Position numbers and translations under genes: made by a program. A DNA stretch of 64,000 nt from the human T2T-CHM13v2.0 reference genome, Homo sapiens: the NCBI RefSeq assembly GCF_009914755.1, contig NC_060927.1; one strand, written 5' to 3'. A model generated the notes under the pieces. It had not been told where the DNA came from. It did no database searches and saw only the letters and a program-made list of their open reading frames with translations. Each line of letters starts with the position of its first letter. Within the stretch, counting starts at the first letter, position 1. This document shows positions 32,924 through 49,182 of this stretch, one piece after another.

Positions 32924-34290
32924 ATGCATAAGTGAAGCAAGAACAAGGATCTAAGTATTCATCTACATTTACTCTTCCTATTGTGTTGCTTTAAAAATGT
33001 CTTATTTTAGATAAGGAAGTTAGAGAAAATCTCATGAAACAGGTAAGATATGAACACAAGCCTGAATGATATGAAGGTAAGAACCATGTGAAGATCTGAG
33101 GAAACAGCACTGTGGTTATAGGGAACTGCAAATGTAAAAACCTAGTAGTGGTGGGCTTGGCATATTCAAGAAATAGCCAGAAAGATAATACGGCTGCATC
33201 ATTCTGAGTAAGGAGAGAAAGGTGGGAGTTAAGTTCAGAGAGGTAGGAGTTATGTTCAGAGAGGCAGGCAGGCACAAGATCATATAAACCTTCATCAAAC
33301 ATGGTAAGAAACTGAATTTCACTCTAAATGTAAAGGGAAGCTAATGGAGGTTTTGACCAGGAAAGTGATACAATCAGATTTACCTTTCAGAAAAGCATTC
33401 TATCATTTGAACCCAGGAGGTGGAGGCTGCAGTGAGCTGTGATCACGCCACAGCACTGGGCAACAGAGCAAGACTCCGTCTCAAAAAAAAAAAAAAAAAA
33501 AAAGCATTCTAAAAATTTAAGAGAATAAATTTGAAGGAAAAAGTAGATCAAGAGTTTCGTTTTTTATCTATTAAGTTTTTTTTAACCTATTAAGTTTTTA
33601 TCTATTAAGTTTGAAATCCTTATACGACATTCATGTGAGGTCAGGGTAGAAGCTAAGGCTGGAAAAATGCATTTGGGAGTCATCTAGATAAAGAAGATTT
33701 AAAGCAAGGGTACCTAATGATATCACCTACGGAAGAAGTTCATACAGAAAAAAAATTCATGAAATGAAAAATAGAGGACAGAGTGGAGTAGTTAATAAAG
33801 CAGGAAGAAAAATAAGAAAGAATGTTATCTTAGAAGCCACGTTAAAAAATTTTTAGAAAAACTGAGTGATGATTTATGTCAAAAGCTACTGAAAGATGCA
33901 TTAAGTGAAGCAAGTATAAGGACCTAAATATTCATCTATGTTTACTCTTCTGTTCCTATTGCGTTACTTTAGAAATATCTACATTTTACATAAGGAAGCC
34001 GGAGAAAACCTTATGAAGGAGGTTAAGATATGAACATCAACCTGGATGATATAAAGGTAAGAACCATGTGAAGATCTAGGGAAGATGGTTACAGGGAACT
34101 GCAAATGTAAAAACTCAGTGGTGGGCTTGGCATATTCAAGAAATAGGCAGAAGGATAATGGCTAGATAAACACAGGAAAATAACAATTGCTATGAAAATG
34201 CAAGATGTTGGTGACTCTTACAAGAATGGTTTCAGTAGAACAATGGTGAAAAAAACTGACTAGATTGAATTAAAGTGGGTGTAGGGGACA
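32924..34290 (-). mobile_element. L2 fragment containing a ~270-bp direct duplication
   Basis: L2 reverse motifs (gaaccatgtgaagatct, gggaactgcaaatgtaaaaacc); copies at 32924-33195 and 33896-34163. Confidence 0.7.
33403..33503 (+). mobile_element. 5'-truncated Alu (end of right arm)
   Basis: Perfect 12-bp TSD aaaagcattcta (33391-33402, 33500-33511). Confidence 0.9.
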
Positions 34291-34978
34291 CAGGGTCCTA
34301 AGGGGTTAGAAAGTTTGAGGAGAGATTTCCAGGTACAGCAGAATGATGACAGTAGCAAATCTACTCCCCCACAATACTTATAAAACTGAAGTACACTGAA
34401 GAAAACAATCACTTCAGGGCTCTGGAAACTGAGCAAAGGCAACAACAAATTGAGAAGCATTTATTCTTGAAAAGCTGCTAGATATGACAGAACAGTAGAG
34501 GAAAATGGCCTTCTTTGCCAAGCGATGCTACCATCCCCCTACAACCACCCAACTCAATCAGTGAGGCAGTTTTCCCAGGGCAGTGTTGGCAGTGAAAACC
34601 AGAGGGCTATGGTCATTTAGGATAGAGAGCAAAAACCCATGCCTAGTAGCACTGGCAATAAAAATAGCAAATTTGGAAGGACAGAAAGGGGAAAGGCCCA
34701 TAGCTCTGCTAAAATGAGAATGTAGTCCCAGTTAGAGAAAATGACAGACTAGAAGGACACCCAGAAATGTAATAAGGGGATACTGGAAATGAGAGAGGCA
34801 CAGAGGGCCTAAATTAGCTCCCCACACATAACTGTCTGACAGGCAGTGCACATATGGGGGTGGAGGGAGGCTCAACAGAGCCCCGGAGAAAGTAAAAGCC
34901 AAGGCTAATGTGAAAAATGTCAGAATTTTGAATATACTTCCCAACTCACATATAGGATCATCAAAAAATGCTGAAAGT

Positions 34979-35273
<295 letters not shown>

Positions 35274-35887
35274 CTAGCATTGCTACAATATATTATATAA
35301 TATGTTCAATTGGAAAAAAACATTGTGAGACATGCAAACTACAGGAAAAGTTGACCTATAATCAGGTTAAAAAAAAGCAGTCAACAGAAATTAACTCCTG
35401 GTGGGCAAAGCTGTTGGATTTAGCAGATAAAGAATACAAAGCAGCTATTATAATTTATAATTAAGTTCAAAAAATTAAGGGAAACCATATTTTAAAAATT
35501 AAAGAAAAATGACAATTGCACAACACAGAGAATCTCAATAAAGAAATGCTAACTTTTAAAACATGAGAATTAACTAGAGTTGAAACACATTATAACAAAA
35601 ATGAGATTCACTATGTCCTCAAGAAAATATTTGAGATGGCATTAAAAAAAAAAACCCAGTGAACTTGAAGAAATAGAGATTGTCCAAAAGAAAGAACAAA
35701 GAGGGAAAAAATACTGCAGAAAAATAAACAGAGCCTCAGATACTTCTGGGATAACATCACACATATCAACATATGTGTAAAAGCAGAACTGGAAAAAGAG
35801 AAAGGAGAAAAAAATGTTAGAAGAAATAATGGCTGAACATTCCCCAAATTTGCTGAAAACCACTAATCTATCAAACCATGAAGATCA

Positions 35888-36370
<483 letters not shown>

Positions 36371-37912
36371 CTAATCATCAGGAAAAAACGGAAGCTAGAA
36401 GGCAGTAACAAAAAATTAAAAAAAACTATCAACTAAGAATTCTATTTACTGCAAAAGTATTCTTCAAGCAAGAAAGGAAGAATAAAGACATCCTCACACT
36501 TAAAAAAAAAGATGGAGAATAAGTTGAAATACTTGAACAAGTACCTTGAGCTAAAAGAAAATGACACCACATGTTAACTGGAATTCACAAAAACAAGTGA
36601 GGACCACCAGATATATTAAATATAAATGAGAAAATATAAAAGACTATAGATATATTTTTATTTCCTCTTAATTTCATTAAAAGACAGAATATGATAACAG
36701 TTGGGTTTATAACGTAAATAAATGTAATATATAAGGCAATAACAGCAAAAAGGAGGGGGAGAAAACAGTTATAATGGAGCACAAGTGCTATATTTTACAG
36801 AAATTAGGTCAGTATTAACCTAAAGTTAATGGTGATAAATTGGAATGTAAACTGTAATTCTTAGAGCAACCACTAAGAAAATAATTTAATGTTAAAAATC
36901 AACAGCAGACTTAAGACGATACACTAAAAAATATTTGTTCAACACAGAAGATAGTAACGAAGAACGGAAGAACAAATATAACATGAGAGATATAGAAAAC
37001 AAAGAGCAAAATGGCACATGTAATTCCAGCTACATCACACACTACATAAAATGTGAAAGAGCTAAGCATACAATCAAAAGGCTATATAAAAAGAAAGCTG
37101 CAACTATAATCTATCCCTAGGAATTAATACTTTAGATTCAAAGACACAAACAACTTAAAAGTAAAAGGATGAAAAATGATATACAATACAAACAGTAACC
37201 AAGAGAGATGGAGCGGCACATGTTGGCAGAGACAGACAGAGAGAGAGACCCACTGCCTACAAGATAAAGTCTAAATCACTTTATAATCTGGCCTCTCCTT
37301 TTCAGTTTAGTCTTCCACTCATGACCAATGTGAATTCTATATTATCGCTAGATGCTACTTCTCACTCTTCCTGAATATATTGTTTCATTCCCAATTCTAA
37401 ACCAATTATATTCCCAATTCTATTACATTTACCATCACATTACCATCAGTGGAATGTGCTGACTCTCTCTCCAACCTACACACATTCTAAGCCCATCCTT
37501 TAAGTTCCTATTTAACTTTTACCTTTTTAACGAGGCCATCACCAATCTCTCCCTGCAGCACTTACAAATATTTTGAAATTTACTATATGTTCTCTTGGTT
37601 TTATTTTTACAACTACAGTTCATTGATGTTATATAAAAGGATACTTTTCAAAAGTAGCTTATAGAAATCAGATATTATAGTCACTATACAGACACAGACA
37701 CAGACACACACTCACAAACCCTGCCCAACCAACATACTATAAGTGTTTTAAGAACATCTTTCTGTATTACTCTCAGAGTTCTCAGAGCAGGTTACTTTGT
37801 CTTTAACAAAGTAATTTCCCAGCTTCTGTAATTTCTTCTACTTTCCAACTTGGTGTTATTTTCCAAACTATGGGCACCAGCCAATCAGCACTGAGAAGGA
37901 AGTGTGGAAGGA

Positions 37913-38066
37913 GAATAGAATAGAATAGAATAGAATAGAATAGAATAGAATAGAATAGAATAGAATAGAATAGAATAGAATAGAATAGAAAAGAAACAGA
38001 ACAGAACAGAACAGCATAGCATAAAATAGAATGGAGGAATAAGAATAGAATAGAATGGAATAGAAT
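37913..38066 (+). repeat. (AATAG)n pentanucleotide repeat, probably inside a Charlie4-type hAT relic (~37855-38185)
   Basis: Repeat read directly; flank cagtaagggt...catgaaactt...gcaatgttaaaatgcatgtcttact resembles recalled Charlie4 consensus (host call less certain). Confidence 0.9.
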
Positions 38067-39232
38067 ATCACTTTACATACAGTAAGGGTTTTTTTCATGA
38101 AACTTGTTAATTATTTTTCTGTGCATCGGGCTGCAATGTTAAAATGCATGTCTTACTTTAAGGTCATAGTTAGAAATTTTAAATTGTGGTAACTGACTTG
38201 CCTGTAAAGGCATCTTTTTTCAAATAGAAAAGACAAAAGAATACATGTAAACAAGATTCTTACTAATCATTCTCAACTTATTTATAAAACAAAATGACTA
38301 CCCAAGATGGAATAAGCATAATATCAGTATTTAAAAAGTCTAAATGGCACATTTAAAGGAAAACTGATTCTTTTGTTTTAACCAATACTCATTAACATAT
38401 ATCCACCTCTAGAGTAGACATGGAGGCTTTTATTCATTTTTACAATATCTGACATCTCATGCTTTAAAAAGAGAGAGAAAAGAGAAAGAAAAACTTCTGG
38501 AAGCTAAAAGCACAGACTGAAAAAGTTCCAGAAGGCTATATTTTTGTACCATTACATAAAGTTTAATAAAGGAAAAGTAAACTTTTAGGTGAAGAAACAA
38601 CCAGCAAGCTTAATATTGTGGGTGTATGATGGGCAGCATGTGGTTATCATCTTTTCTTCTTCATCAAAGTTTGTTCTGTTGGGAGATCTTCCCCCATGAT
38701 AGAAAGTTCTACTTTCATAAAATCTAGTAAAATAGGACTCATTTCCAATGTTTTGCTTAAAGAATATTTTCCCAAAGTACACCTTCTGCAAAAAAAATGA
38801 AGGTTATCCAAAGTTGCATTATCCATCCTTAGTCATCATAAGACTCAAAAAGCATTTAATTCATCTCTAAATCTTTGATTTCACAGTAAATTCAGTTGCC
38901 CTAAAAGAACCAACAGCTAAAAAAAAAAAAAAACACAAAAAAACTTAACCCCATTTGCACAAGTATATTTTTAATTGATACATGATATTTTACTATTTAT
39001 GAGGTACATGGATATTTTGTTCCATGCATAGAACATGTAATGATCATATTTTGAAGCCAACTATGTGTCAGAACTGGGGGCCCTGAGAATACAAAAATTT
39101 ACAATCTTTAAATGTTTTACAGTCTAATGGGTGAGCAAACCAACAACTATAACACAATGTGATTAAGTTGAGCTCATTTAAAAAGTGCTATAGATACTTG
39201 GGGACAGGAGCTAAGAAAAATTTGCTTATTAA

Positions 39233-39667
<435 letters not shown>

Positions 39668-40060
39668 TAGGAAGATTGCTATGAAAAAAAATGTTACAAA
39701 GGTGGCGGCGGATAAAACTAGGATCTACACTAGTAAAAACAGAGAAAAACAAATGGAAGAAAATGGGTCTACAATAGTAGTGATCACCTACTGCTATTGA
39801 ATTAGTAAATAGAAGGAGGGAGGTGACAGCTATCAGGCTTCTCACTCACATGACTATGAACACGGTACAGTTCAGTGGCCGGGGAAGTTGTTTTGGAAGC
39901 AGAAAGAAGTGAGTTCAATTTGGGACACATTCATTTTGAAACGACTCAGGGACACTGAAGCAGATGAAAAGGTCCAGAAAGCAATACCGTATGTTCTTCT
40001 TATCCTCAAGGAGGTGTGGGTGGTTCAGAAGCCATAGGAGAGTATATATTATTGCCTATA

Positions 40061-40288
40061 CAGGTTGAATACACATTATCCGAAATGCTTGGGACCAAAA
40101 GTGTTTCAGACTTCAGACTTTTTTTGGATTTAGTATTATCTTTACCCATTAAGCCTTCCTAATCTGAAAATCCAAAATTCAAAATGCTCCAATGAGCACT
40201 CCCTTTAAACATCGTGTTGGTGCTCAAAAAGTTTTAAATTTCAGAGCATTTCAAATTTTGGATTTTTGGTTTCAAGATGCTCAACCTA
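40061..40288 (+). mobile_element. Tigger4a/MER46-type TcMar MITE
   Basis: TA|caggttga ... tcaaccta|TA terminal inverted repeats; tatccgaaatgcttgggacc, aaaatgctccaatgagc. Confidence 0.82.
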
Positions 40289-40531
40289 TAAAATAAGAAA
40301 AAAAGTGATCAAACTCCCCAGCAGCAGAAAGTCTATAAAGGACACTAAAAAGAAATTAGTCAGAAAGTAGAACCTAGACAGTGGAGTAACGTAAGCCTTA
40401 GGAAAGGTGAGCTATTCAAGAAAAGATTCTGGAGAATATCATCATTTAAGCAGACAGAAGAAAAGGAATCAATACAAGAGACAGAGTGAGAAAAGCTCTA
40501 AGAGATGAGCCACAAAAATAATACCCTTGAA

Positions 40532-40744
40532 CAGGGGCAAATAAACATTTTCTATAAAGGACCAGACACTAAATTCTTCAGGTTTATTCAACTCTGTAGT
40601 TGTAGGGGAAAAGCAGTCAGACAATATTTATAAGAATGAATGTGGCTGTCTGTTTACAACAATATGTGTAAGAATTAACGTGGCTGTTTGTTATAAATTT
40701 TATTTACAAACACAGGTGGCTGGTTCACTGTTTCCCAATCCCTG
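40532..40744 (-). mobile_element. MER58A (hAT-Charlie MITE)
   Basis: cagggg ... ccctg ends; tgtggctg...tttatttacaaacacaggtggc. Confidence 0.7.
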
Positions 40745-41289
40745 CACCACAAGGCAAGAAAGGAAAGTTCCTTACCGTCAATCTCAATTTTGTACTTAGT
40801 ACATATACATAGTGGACTTTCTATATTGATTTAGGGACTAATGTTCTGGAAATTTATGATATTTTCCTTTTACATAACTATAATTAGTGTGTAAGTTAAA
40901 ATTTTAAATTATAGTTATAAAATAACATACTGCCTAGGTAGGCTTAACATGTTCTGTAACAAAACCCCAATTTTATAGAAACAATAAAAAGGACTCATGT
41001 ATGCTACTTTTCCCAATCAGTTACACAGACTACTTGCCCAGCACAGAAAGGGAAATGGAAGAGAAACAACACAAAGGATGCCTGCATGAACTAAGGGAAT
41101 AACGGACTTTTATATCCTGACAGGTAATATGACTACTAAAGTAGATATAAACCAGGTTCTTGAATACTTAGTTTTCGGAAGCCCTAGCATGTAAGTCAAT
41201 GCCAGCTTAAGTGTGTATTCCTTTAACCCTGTATCTTTGAGAGCCAATAACACAACAGCATATTATTATTAACAATAGCAATGATGGCA

Positions 41290-41500
41290 CCAACAACTAC
41301 AGAACACAAAGAATTTACTATGAGCTGACCACTCTGTTAAGAGCTGTATCTTCACAACTTCAATCCTCTCCACAAACCTATCAAGTAAGCAACATTATGA
41401 TCCCCACTTAAGAGCGGGTGTAGGCATAGAGAGGTTAAGAAATTTGGTAGCAAACAGCACAGGCAAGATTTAAACCAGGTGTGTCAGATTCCATGCTCTA
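41290..41500 (-). mobile_element. MIR fragment
   Basis: aatcctctccacaaacctatcaagtaagcaacattatgatccccactt...agagaggttaag. Confidence 0.6.
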
Positions 41501-41634
41501 TCACAATGAAATGTAACTCAATTCCATTTATTACTATGTGCTTGAAAATACAATGACAATAAAGGAGGACTTCAGTATTGAAAGAGCTTATAATTCAAAA
41601 TAAGACAAGTATACAAGTAGGCAAATAAAGATAC

Positions 41635-42017
41635 TGATACGGTTTGGCTCCACGTCCCCACCCAAATCTCATCTCGAACTGTAATCCCCACGTGCTGAGG
41701 CGAGGACCTATACCCCCCCAAGTGTCAAGGGAGGGAAGTGACTGGGAGAGATGGTTTCCCCCATGCTGCTCTCCTAATAGTGAGTGAATTCTCACAAGAT
41801 TTGATGGTTTTATAAATGTTAGTTTCTCCTGCACGATGACTCTCTCTCCCACCACCTTGTGAAGAAGGTGCCTGCTTTCTTTCCCTTTCGCCATGACTGT
41901 AAATTTCCTAAGGCCTCCCCAGCCATGTGGAACTGTGAACCAATTAAACATCTTTCCTTTATAAATTACCCCGTCTCAAGGAGTATCCTTACAGCAGTGT
42001 GAGAATGGACTAACACA
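41635..42017 (+). mobile_element. THE1 (C/D-like) MaLR solo LTR
   Basis: tgatacggtttggct...cccacccaaatctcatct start, gagaatggactaacaca end, TSD gatac/gatgc; strand given as conventional consensus orientation. Confidence 0.9.
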
Positions 42018-42077
42018 GATGCCATACAACAGAAAATGTTAAGTGCCACTAGAGTTATCGAAAAAGGGGTGGGTGGG

Positions 42078-42387
42078 TGGGTGGGTGTGGCAGCTCATGC
42101 CTGTAATCCCAGCACTTTGGGAGGCTAAGGAAGGAGGATCACTTGGGCCCAGGAGTTCAAGACCAGCCTGACAACACAGGGAGATTGCATCTCTACAAAA
42201 AATAAAAATAAATTAGCTGGGCATGGTGATGCACACCTGTGTTCCTAGCTACTCGGGAGACTGAGGTGGGAGGATCACTTTAACCAGGGAGGTCAAGGCT
42301 ACAGTGCGCTATGATTGTGACATTGCACTTCAGCCTGGGTAACAGGGTGAGACCCTGTCTCTCCCTCGACCCTGGAAGAAAAAAAAA
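42078..42387 (+). mobile_element. AluJ with (GGGT)5 at its head
   Basis: J-type ggaggatcactt, ggtcaaggctacagtg. Confidence 0.92.
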
Positions 42388-42448
42388 GGATGGAGAATTC
42401 TAAAAACAGAAAGAATACTTCCAACTAGGAAGATTAAAAAGATTTTTA

Positions 42449-42510
42449 ATGAAAAGAGTGTTCACTTTTTTCATGAAAAGAGTGTTCACTTTTTTCATGA
42501 AAAGAGTGTT
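42449..42510. repeat. 24-bp quasi-palindromic tandem repeat, 2.6 copies
   Basis: atgaaaagagtgttcacttttttc twice exactly, plus 14 nt. Confidence 0.95.
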
Positions 42511-43189
42511 AAGTTGGAGCTTAACAGGTAGAATTCAACTTGTCTCTTAGACCATTTGCTTTCTGAATACAGAAACTAAAACTCGAAAATTCTCCTTACT
42601 CAGGAGAAACTAGAAACGGGGGCATCAGCCTATATATCCCCTGGAATACAACACAACTAAAACCTCTGGTTACTGTGCAGAATATGCCTTTGTGCTACAA
42701 CTAAGGTTTACACAAAAATGATTGGTTGACTCCCTCTCTCCTTGAAATGTTTTCTCCAATTACTTTCCAGGACACTAAATTATCTTGCTTTTTAATCCTT
42801 CCTCATTGGCCAAATTTGCAGTTTTCTTTGCTAGTTCTTCATAATCTCCCTATTTTTTAAACACTGAAGTAGCCAGAACTTAGTCTCTCACCTCTTTCAG
42901 CTGCCTCTATCACCTCTTCCAGTCTCAGGGCTTTAAAGGCTGATCAGACTCCCAATTGTATATCTCTAGACCAGACCACCCCTGTGAATTCCAAAATCTT
43001 TTAACCAACTGCTTATGTGACAATTTTTCTGTGTCTAATATACATCAACTTGACATGTTATAAGTAAAATTTTTCATCTCCTTTAAACATGCTCTACCCA
43101 TAGCTTTCCCCATGTCAGCTGTTGGCAATTCCACTCCTCTAGTTGCCCAGGTCAAAAACCATGAAGTCTTGATTCCTCTTTCTCTCTGA

Positions 43190-43537
<348 letters not shown>

Positions 43538-43589
43538 ACCTCACATTAATCTGTCAAGAAATCCTGTTGGCTCAACCTTCAAAACTTAC

Positions 43590-44310
43590 CCAGGATCCCA
43601 GCAATTGCACTCTTGGGCATATGTTTTATAGAAATAGAAATTTACGTTCACATTAAAACCGGCATATGAATGTTCAAAGCAGCTTTATTTAGAATAGCCC
43701 CCAGATGTCACTCACTGGGTGAATAAACAAACTGTAGTATATCCATACCATGGAATACTACTCAGCAATAAAAAAGAAACAATTATTGATCCATGCAACA
43801 ACATGGTTGCATCCCCAGAAACCTATGCTGAGACAAAAAAAAAAAAAAAAAAAAAAAAGCTAGCCCAAAAGGTTACATACTGGATATGATTCCATTTTTA
43901 TAACCTTCTTGAAAGAAAAAAAGTTTGGAAATGGTAAACAGATTAGTGGTTACTGCCAGGGGTTACACTGGGTGTTAGGGGTGGAGTAATGGCAGGGAGA
44001 GAAGTCAATGTGGTTATAAAAGGGCAGTAAGAGGATACTTGTGATGTTCTGTATCTTTACTATCATGGTCTATACACAAACCTATGCATGTAATAAAAAA
44101 AAAATAGAAAGAAATATATACACATACAGCTCTCCAAAGTAGTACAAGAGAATCTGAGGAAATTTGAATAAAATCAGTGGATTCTATCAATGCCAATATC
44201 CTAATTGTGATAATGTACTATAATTTTGCAAGATGTAATCATTGAGGGAAAGTGGGTAAAGAGTTTTACCCATGTGGGATTTCTCTACTTTGCTTTACAA
44301 CTGCATAAAT
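43590..44310 (+). mobile_element. L1MC-type 3' end
   Basis: gatcccagcaattgcactcttgggcat...catggaatactactcagcaataaaaa...gttacatactg. Confidence 0.8.
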
Positions 44311-44953
44311 ATCTGAATATCAGCCCCCCTCACATACTTCAGGTATTTCCTCAAATGCTACATACTTTCTCACACTATTTAAAATTGCAACCTCAACATT
44401 TACTCTCAGCAATCCTTAAACCCCTTCATTACCTCAATCTTCTCCAGAGTAACAATCATCTAATACATTATATCTATTTTGCATATTTATTCATTATTGT
44501 CCATCCCTCCCCACTATAATATAAGCTTTAAAATGACATAGTTTTGTTGTCTGTTTTGTTTATTGTTGTATGTCTAGAATCTAGAACAATGCCCAGCCCA
44601 TATCAACTCAATAATCTATGGTCGAACATGTATTTACACTGATGATATAAAATAACACCCCTACTGACAAAAAGAGATACGTTAATACATATCAATACAT
44701 TTCATTGTAAGAAGTGTCACTACCAGTCAGAAAAATAAAGGAGTTAGAAAAACAAGTTATTCCCAAGTCACGAGCCCCCACCCCTCAAAACACATGTAAA
44801 GGACTACTTCCCATTCCTGAGAATAGAGCTGTGATGTACCACTCTCTCTAATCCCTCTCCAGCTAATCTCTCCAAAGGTTAAAAACTGATCAAGAGCCCT
44901 ATCCTCACAGGGCCAGGCTTGAAAATACCATTCTTCAGCCAAGCTCTGGCTCA

Positions 44954-45355
<402 letters not shown>

Positions 45356-45431
45356 TCACCCCCCTTTCATTACAAAAACCATCAACAAATCAGATATAGA
45401 AGGAACTTACCTCAACAAAATAAAAGTTATA

Positions 45432-46097
<666 letters not shown>

Positions 46098-46407
46098 CTA
46101 TAACTAACACATCATACACAACAGTGAAAAACAGAAAACTTTTCCTCTAAGATTATGAACAATTAGGCAAGAATGCCCACTCTTGCCATCTATTCAACAT
46201 AGTACTGTAAGTCCTAGCCAGAGTAATTAGGCAAGAAAAAGAAATAAAAGGCATCTAAATTGGAAAAAAAAAAGAAAATTATTTGTTTGCATATGAAATA
46301 GGTAGAAAATCCTAGACCATGCACACACACAAAACTGTTAGAATAAATTCAGTCAAGTTGCAGGACACAAAATCAACATTTAAAAAATCGGTTGCAATTC
46401 TATATAC

Positions 46408-46726
46408 CAGCAGTCCTCAACCTTTTTGGCACAAGGGACCAGTTCCATAGAAGACTATTTTTCCACGGACCGGTGAGGGGCTGGTGGGAAGGTTTCAGGA
46501 TGAAACTGTTCTACCTCATAAGGAGTGTGCAACCTAAATCCCTCGCATGCGGATGTCACAATAGGGTTCATGTTCCTATGGGAATCTAATGCTGCTGCTG
46601 ATCTGACAGGAGGTGGAGCTCAGGCAGTAATGCTCACTGGCCTGGTGCTCATCTGTTGCTGTGTGGCCTGGTTCCTAACAGGCCATGCACCACACTGGTC
46701 CGCAGCCTGAGGGTTGGGGGCCCCTG
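46408..46726 (+). mobile_element. MER1B (hAT-Charlie)
   Basis: cagcagtcctcaacctttttggc...gggttgggggcccctg; 8-bp TSD ctatatac / ttatacac. Confidence 0.88.
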
Positions 46727-47180
46727 TTATACACCAACAACAAACTATCCAAAAAAAAGTTTAAGAAAGCAATCACATTTACAACAGCAACAAACAGAAT
46801 ACTTAGGAATTAACTTAACCAAGGAGGTGAAAGACTTGTACACTAAAAATTATAAAACGCTAATGAAAGAAATTAAGGCAGATACAAATAGATGGAAAAA
46901 CATCCTGTGTTCATGGATTAAATTAATATTGTTAAAATGTCCATATTATCCAAAGCCATCTATAGATTCAGCACAACCCCTATCAAAATCCTAAAGACAT
47001 TTTTTACATAATTTATTTTAATCTTAAAATTTACATAGAATCACAAAAGACCTCAAATATTCAAAGCAATTTTGAGCAAGTATGACAATGTTGGAGGCAT
47101 CACACTCCTCATTTCAAAATATTTTATAAAACTACAGTAATCAAAACAGTATGATACAAGCATATAAAAACAGACATATG

Positions 47181-47407
<227 letters not shown>

Positions 47408-48721
47408 TCAATGGATCTTCAACAAAGGTGCCAATAATTTACAATGCAGAAAGGACAGTTTTTTCAATAAATGGTGTTGGAAAACCTGGATACCCATATC
47501 CAAAAGAATGAAATTGGAACCTTATCTTACACCATACACAAAAATTAACTTAAAATGGATTAAAGATTTAAACATAAGATCTGAAAACGTAGAACCCTTT
47601 GAAGAAATCATCAGAGAAAACCTTCTTGACACTGTTCTTGTCAATAATTTCTTGGATAACAGGCAACAAAAGCCAAAAATAGACAAGTGGGACTATATCA
47701 AACTAAAAAGCTTCTACACAGCAAAAGAAACCATCAACAGAGTAAGAAGGCAGCCTATGGAATGGAAGAAAATATTTGCAAACCAAATGTCTGACAAGGA
47801 GTTAATTTCAGAAAATATAACAAACTCCTATAACTCAACAGCAAAAAATGAGATGAATAAAAAATAAGCAAAGGACTGGAATAGACAAAGAAGACATACA
47901 TACGACCAACAGGCATATGCAAAAAGACCATATGATCCAACAATCCCACTTCTGGGTAAACATCCAAAAGAATTGCAATTAGGGTCTCAAAAAGATACCT
48001 GCACTCCCATATTCATTGCAGCATTATTCACAATAGCAAAGATGGGAAAACCCAGATGAATTGATAAGAAAAATGTGGTATATACATACAATAGAATAAA
48101 TATTACAAGTTTTTTTAATAAGAAGGAAATCTTACCACTTGTGACAACACAGATGAACCTGGAAAATACGCTATGCTAAGCAAAATAAGTTAGTCACAGA
48201 AGGAGAAATACTGCATTATTTTTCATAACAAGGAATCAAACCTATATAAGTAGACAATAGAATGGTGGTTACTAGGAGACAGGGGAGGAAGATATGGAGA
48301 GTTGTTGTTCAACGGTATAAAGTTAGTTATACAAGATAAGTAAGTTACAGAGATATGCTTTCCAACATAGGGCCTATAATTAACAAGGTGAACTTTTGAA
48401 AATTTGCTAAGAGGGTAAATGTCATGTCAAATATTCTTACCTACCCTCTCAAAAAAATGAAAAACAGTAAGAAAGGGGCATAATGAAACTTTTGGAGGCA
48501 ATAGATATATGTTTATTATCTTGGCTGTGGTGATGGTAAGATGAGCACACATATTTGTCCAAATGCATTAAATTGCACACATTAATTATATGCAGTTTTT
48601 AAATATACCAATTATATCTCAATAAAGCTAGGGAAGGCCGATCTAAAAGCTCATTTTTAACACAGCAAACAAATCAAAAGCAAAATAATTGAATTATAGG
48701 TTTTTGTAATATTATGTTTTC

Positions 48722-49182
<461 letters not shown>

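Noticed and set aside
47508-47867. 119-aa ORF
   Set aside because: L1 ORF2 C-terminal fragment, not an independent gene
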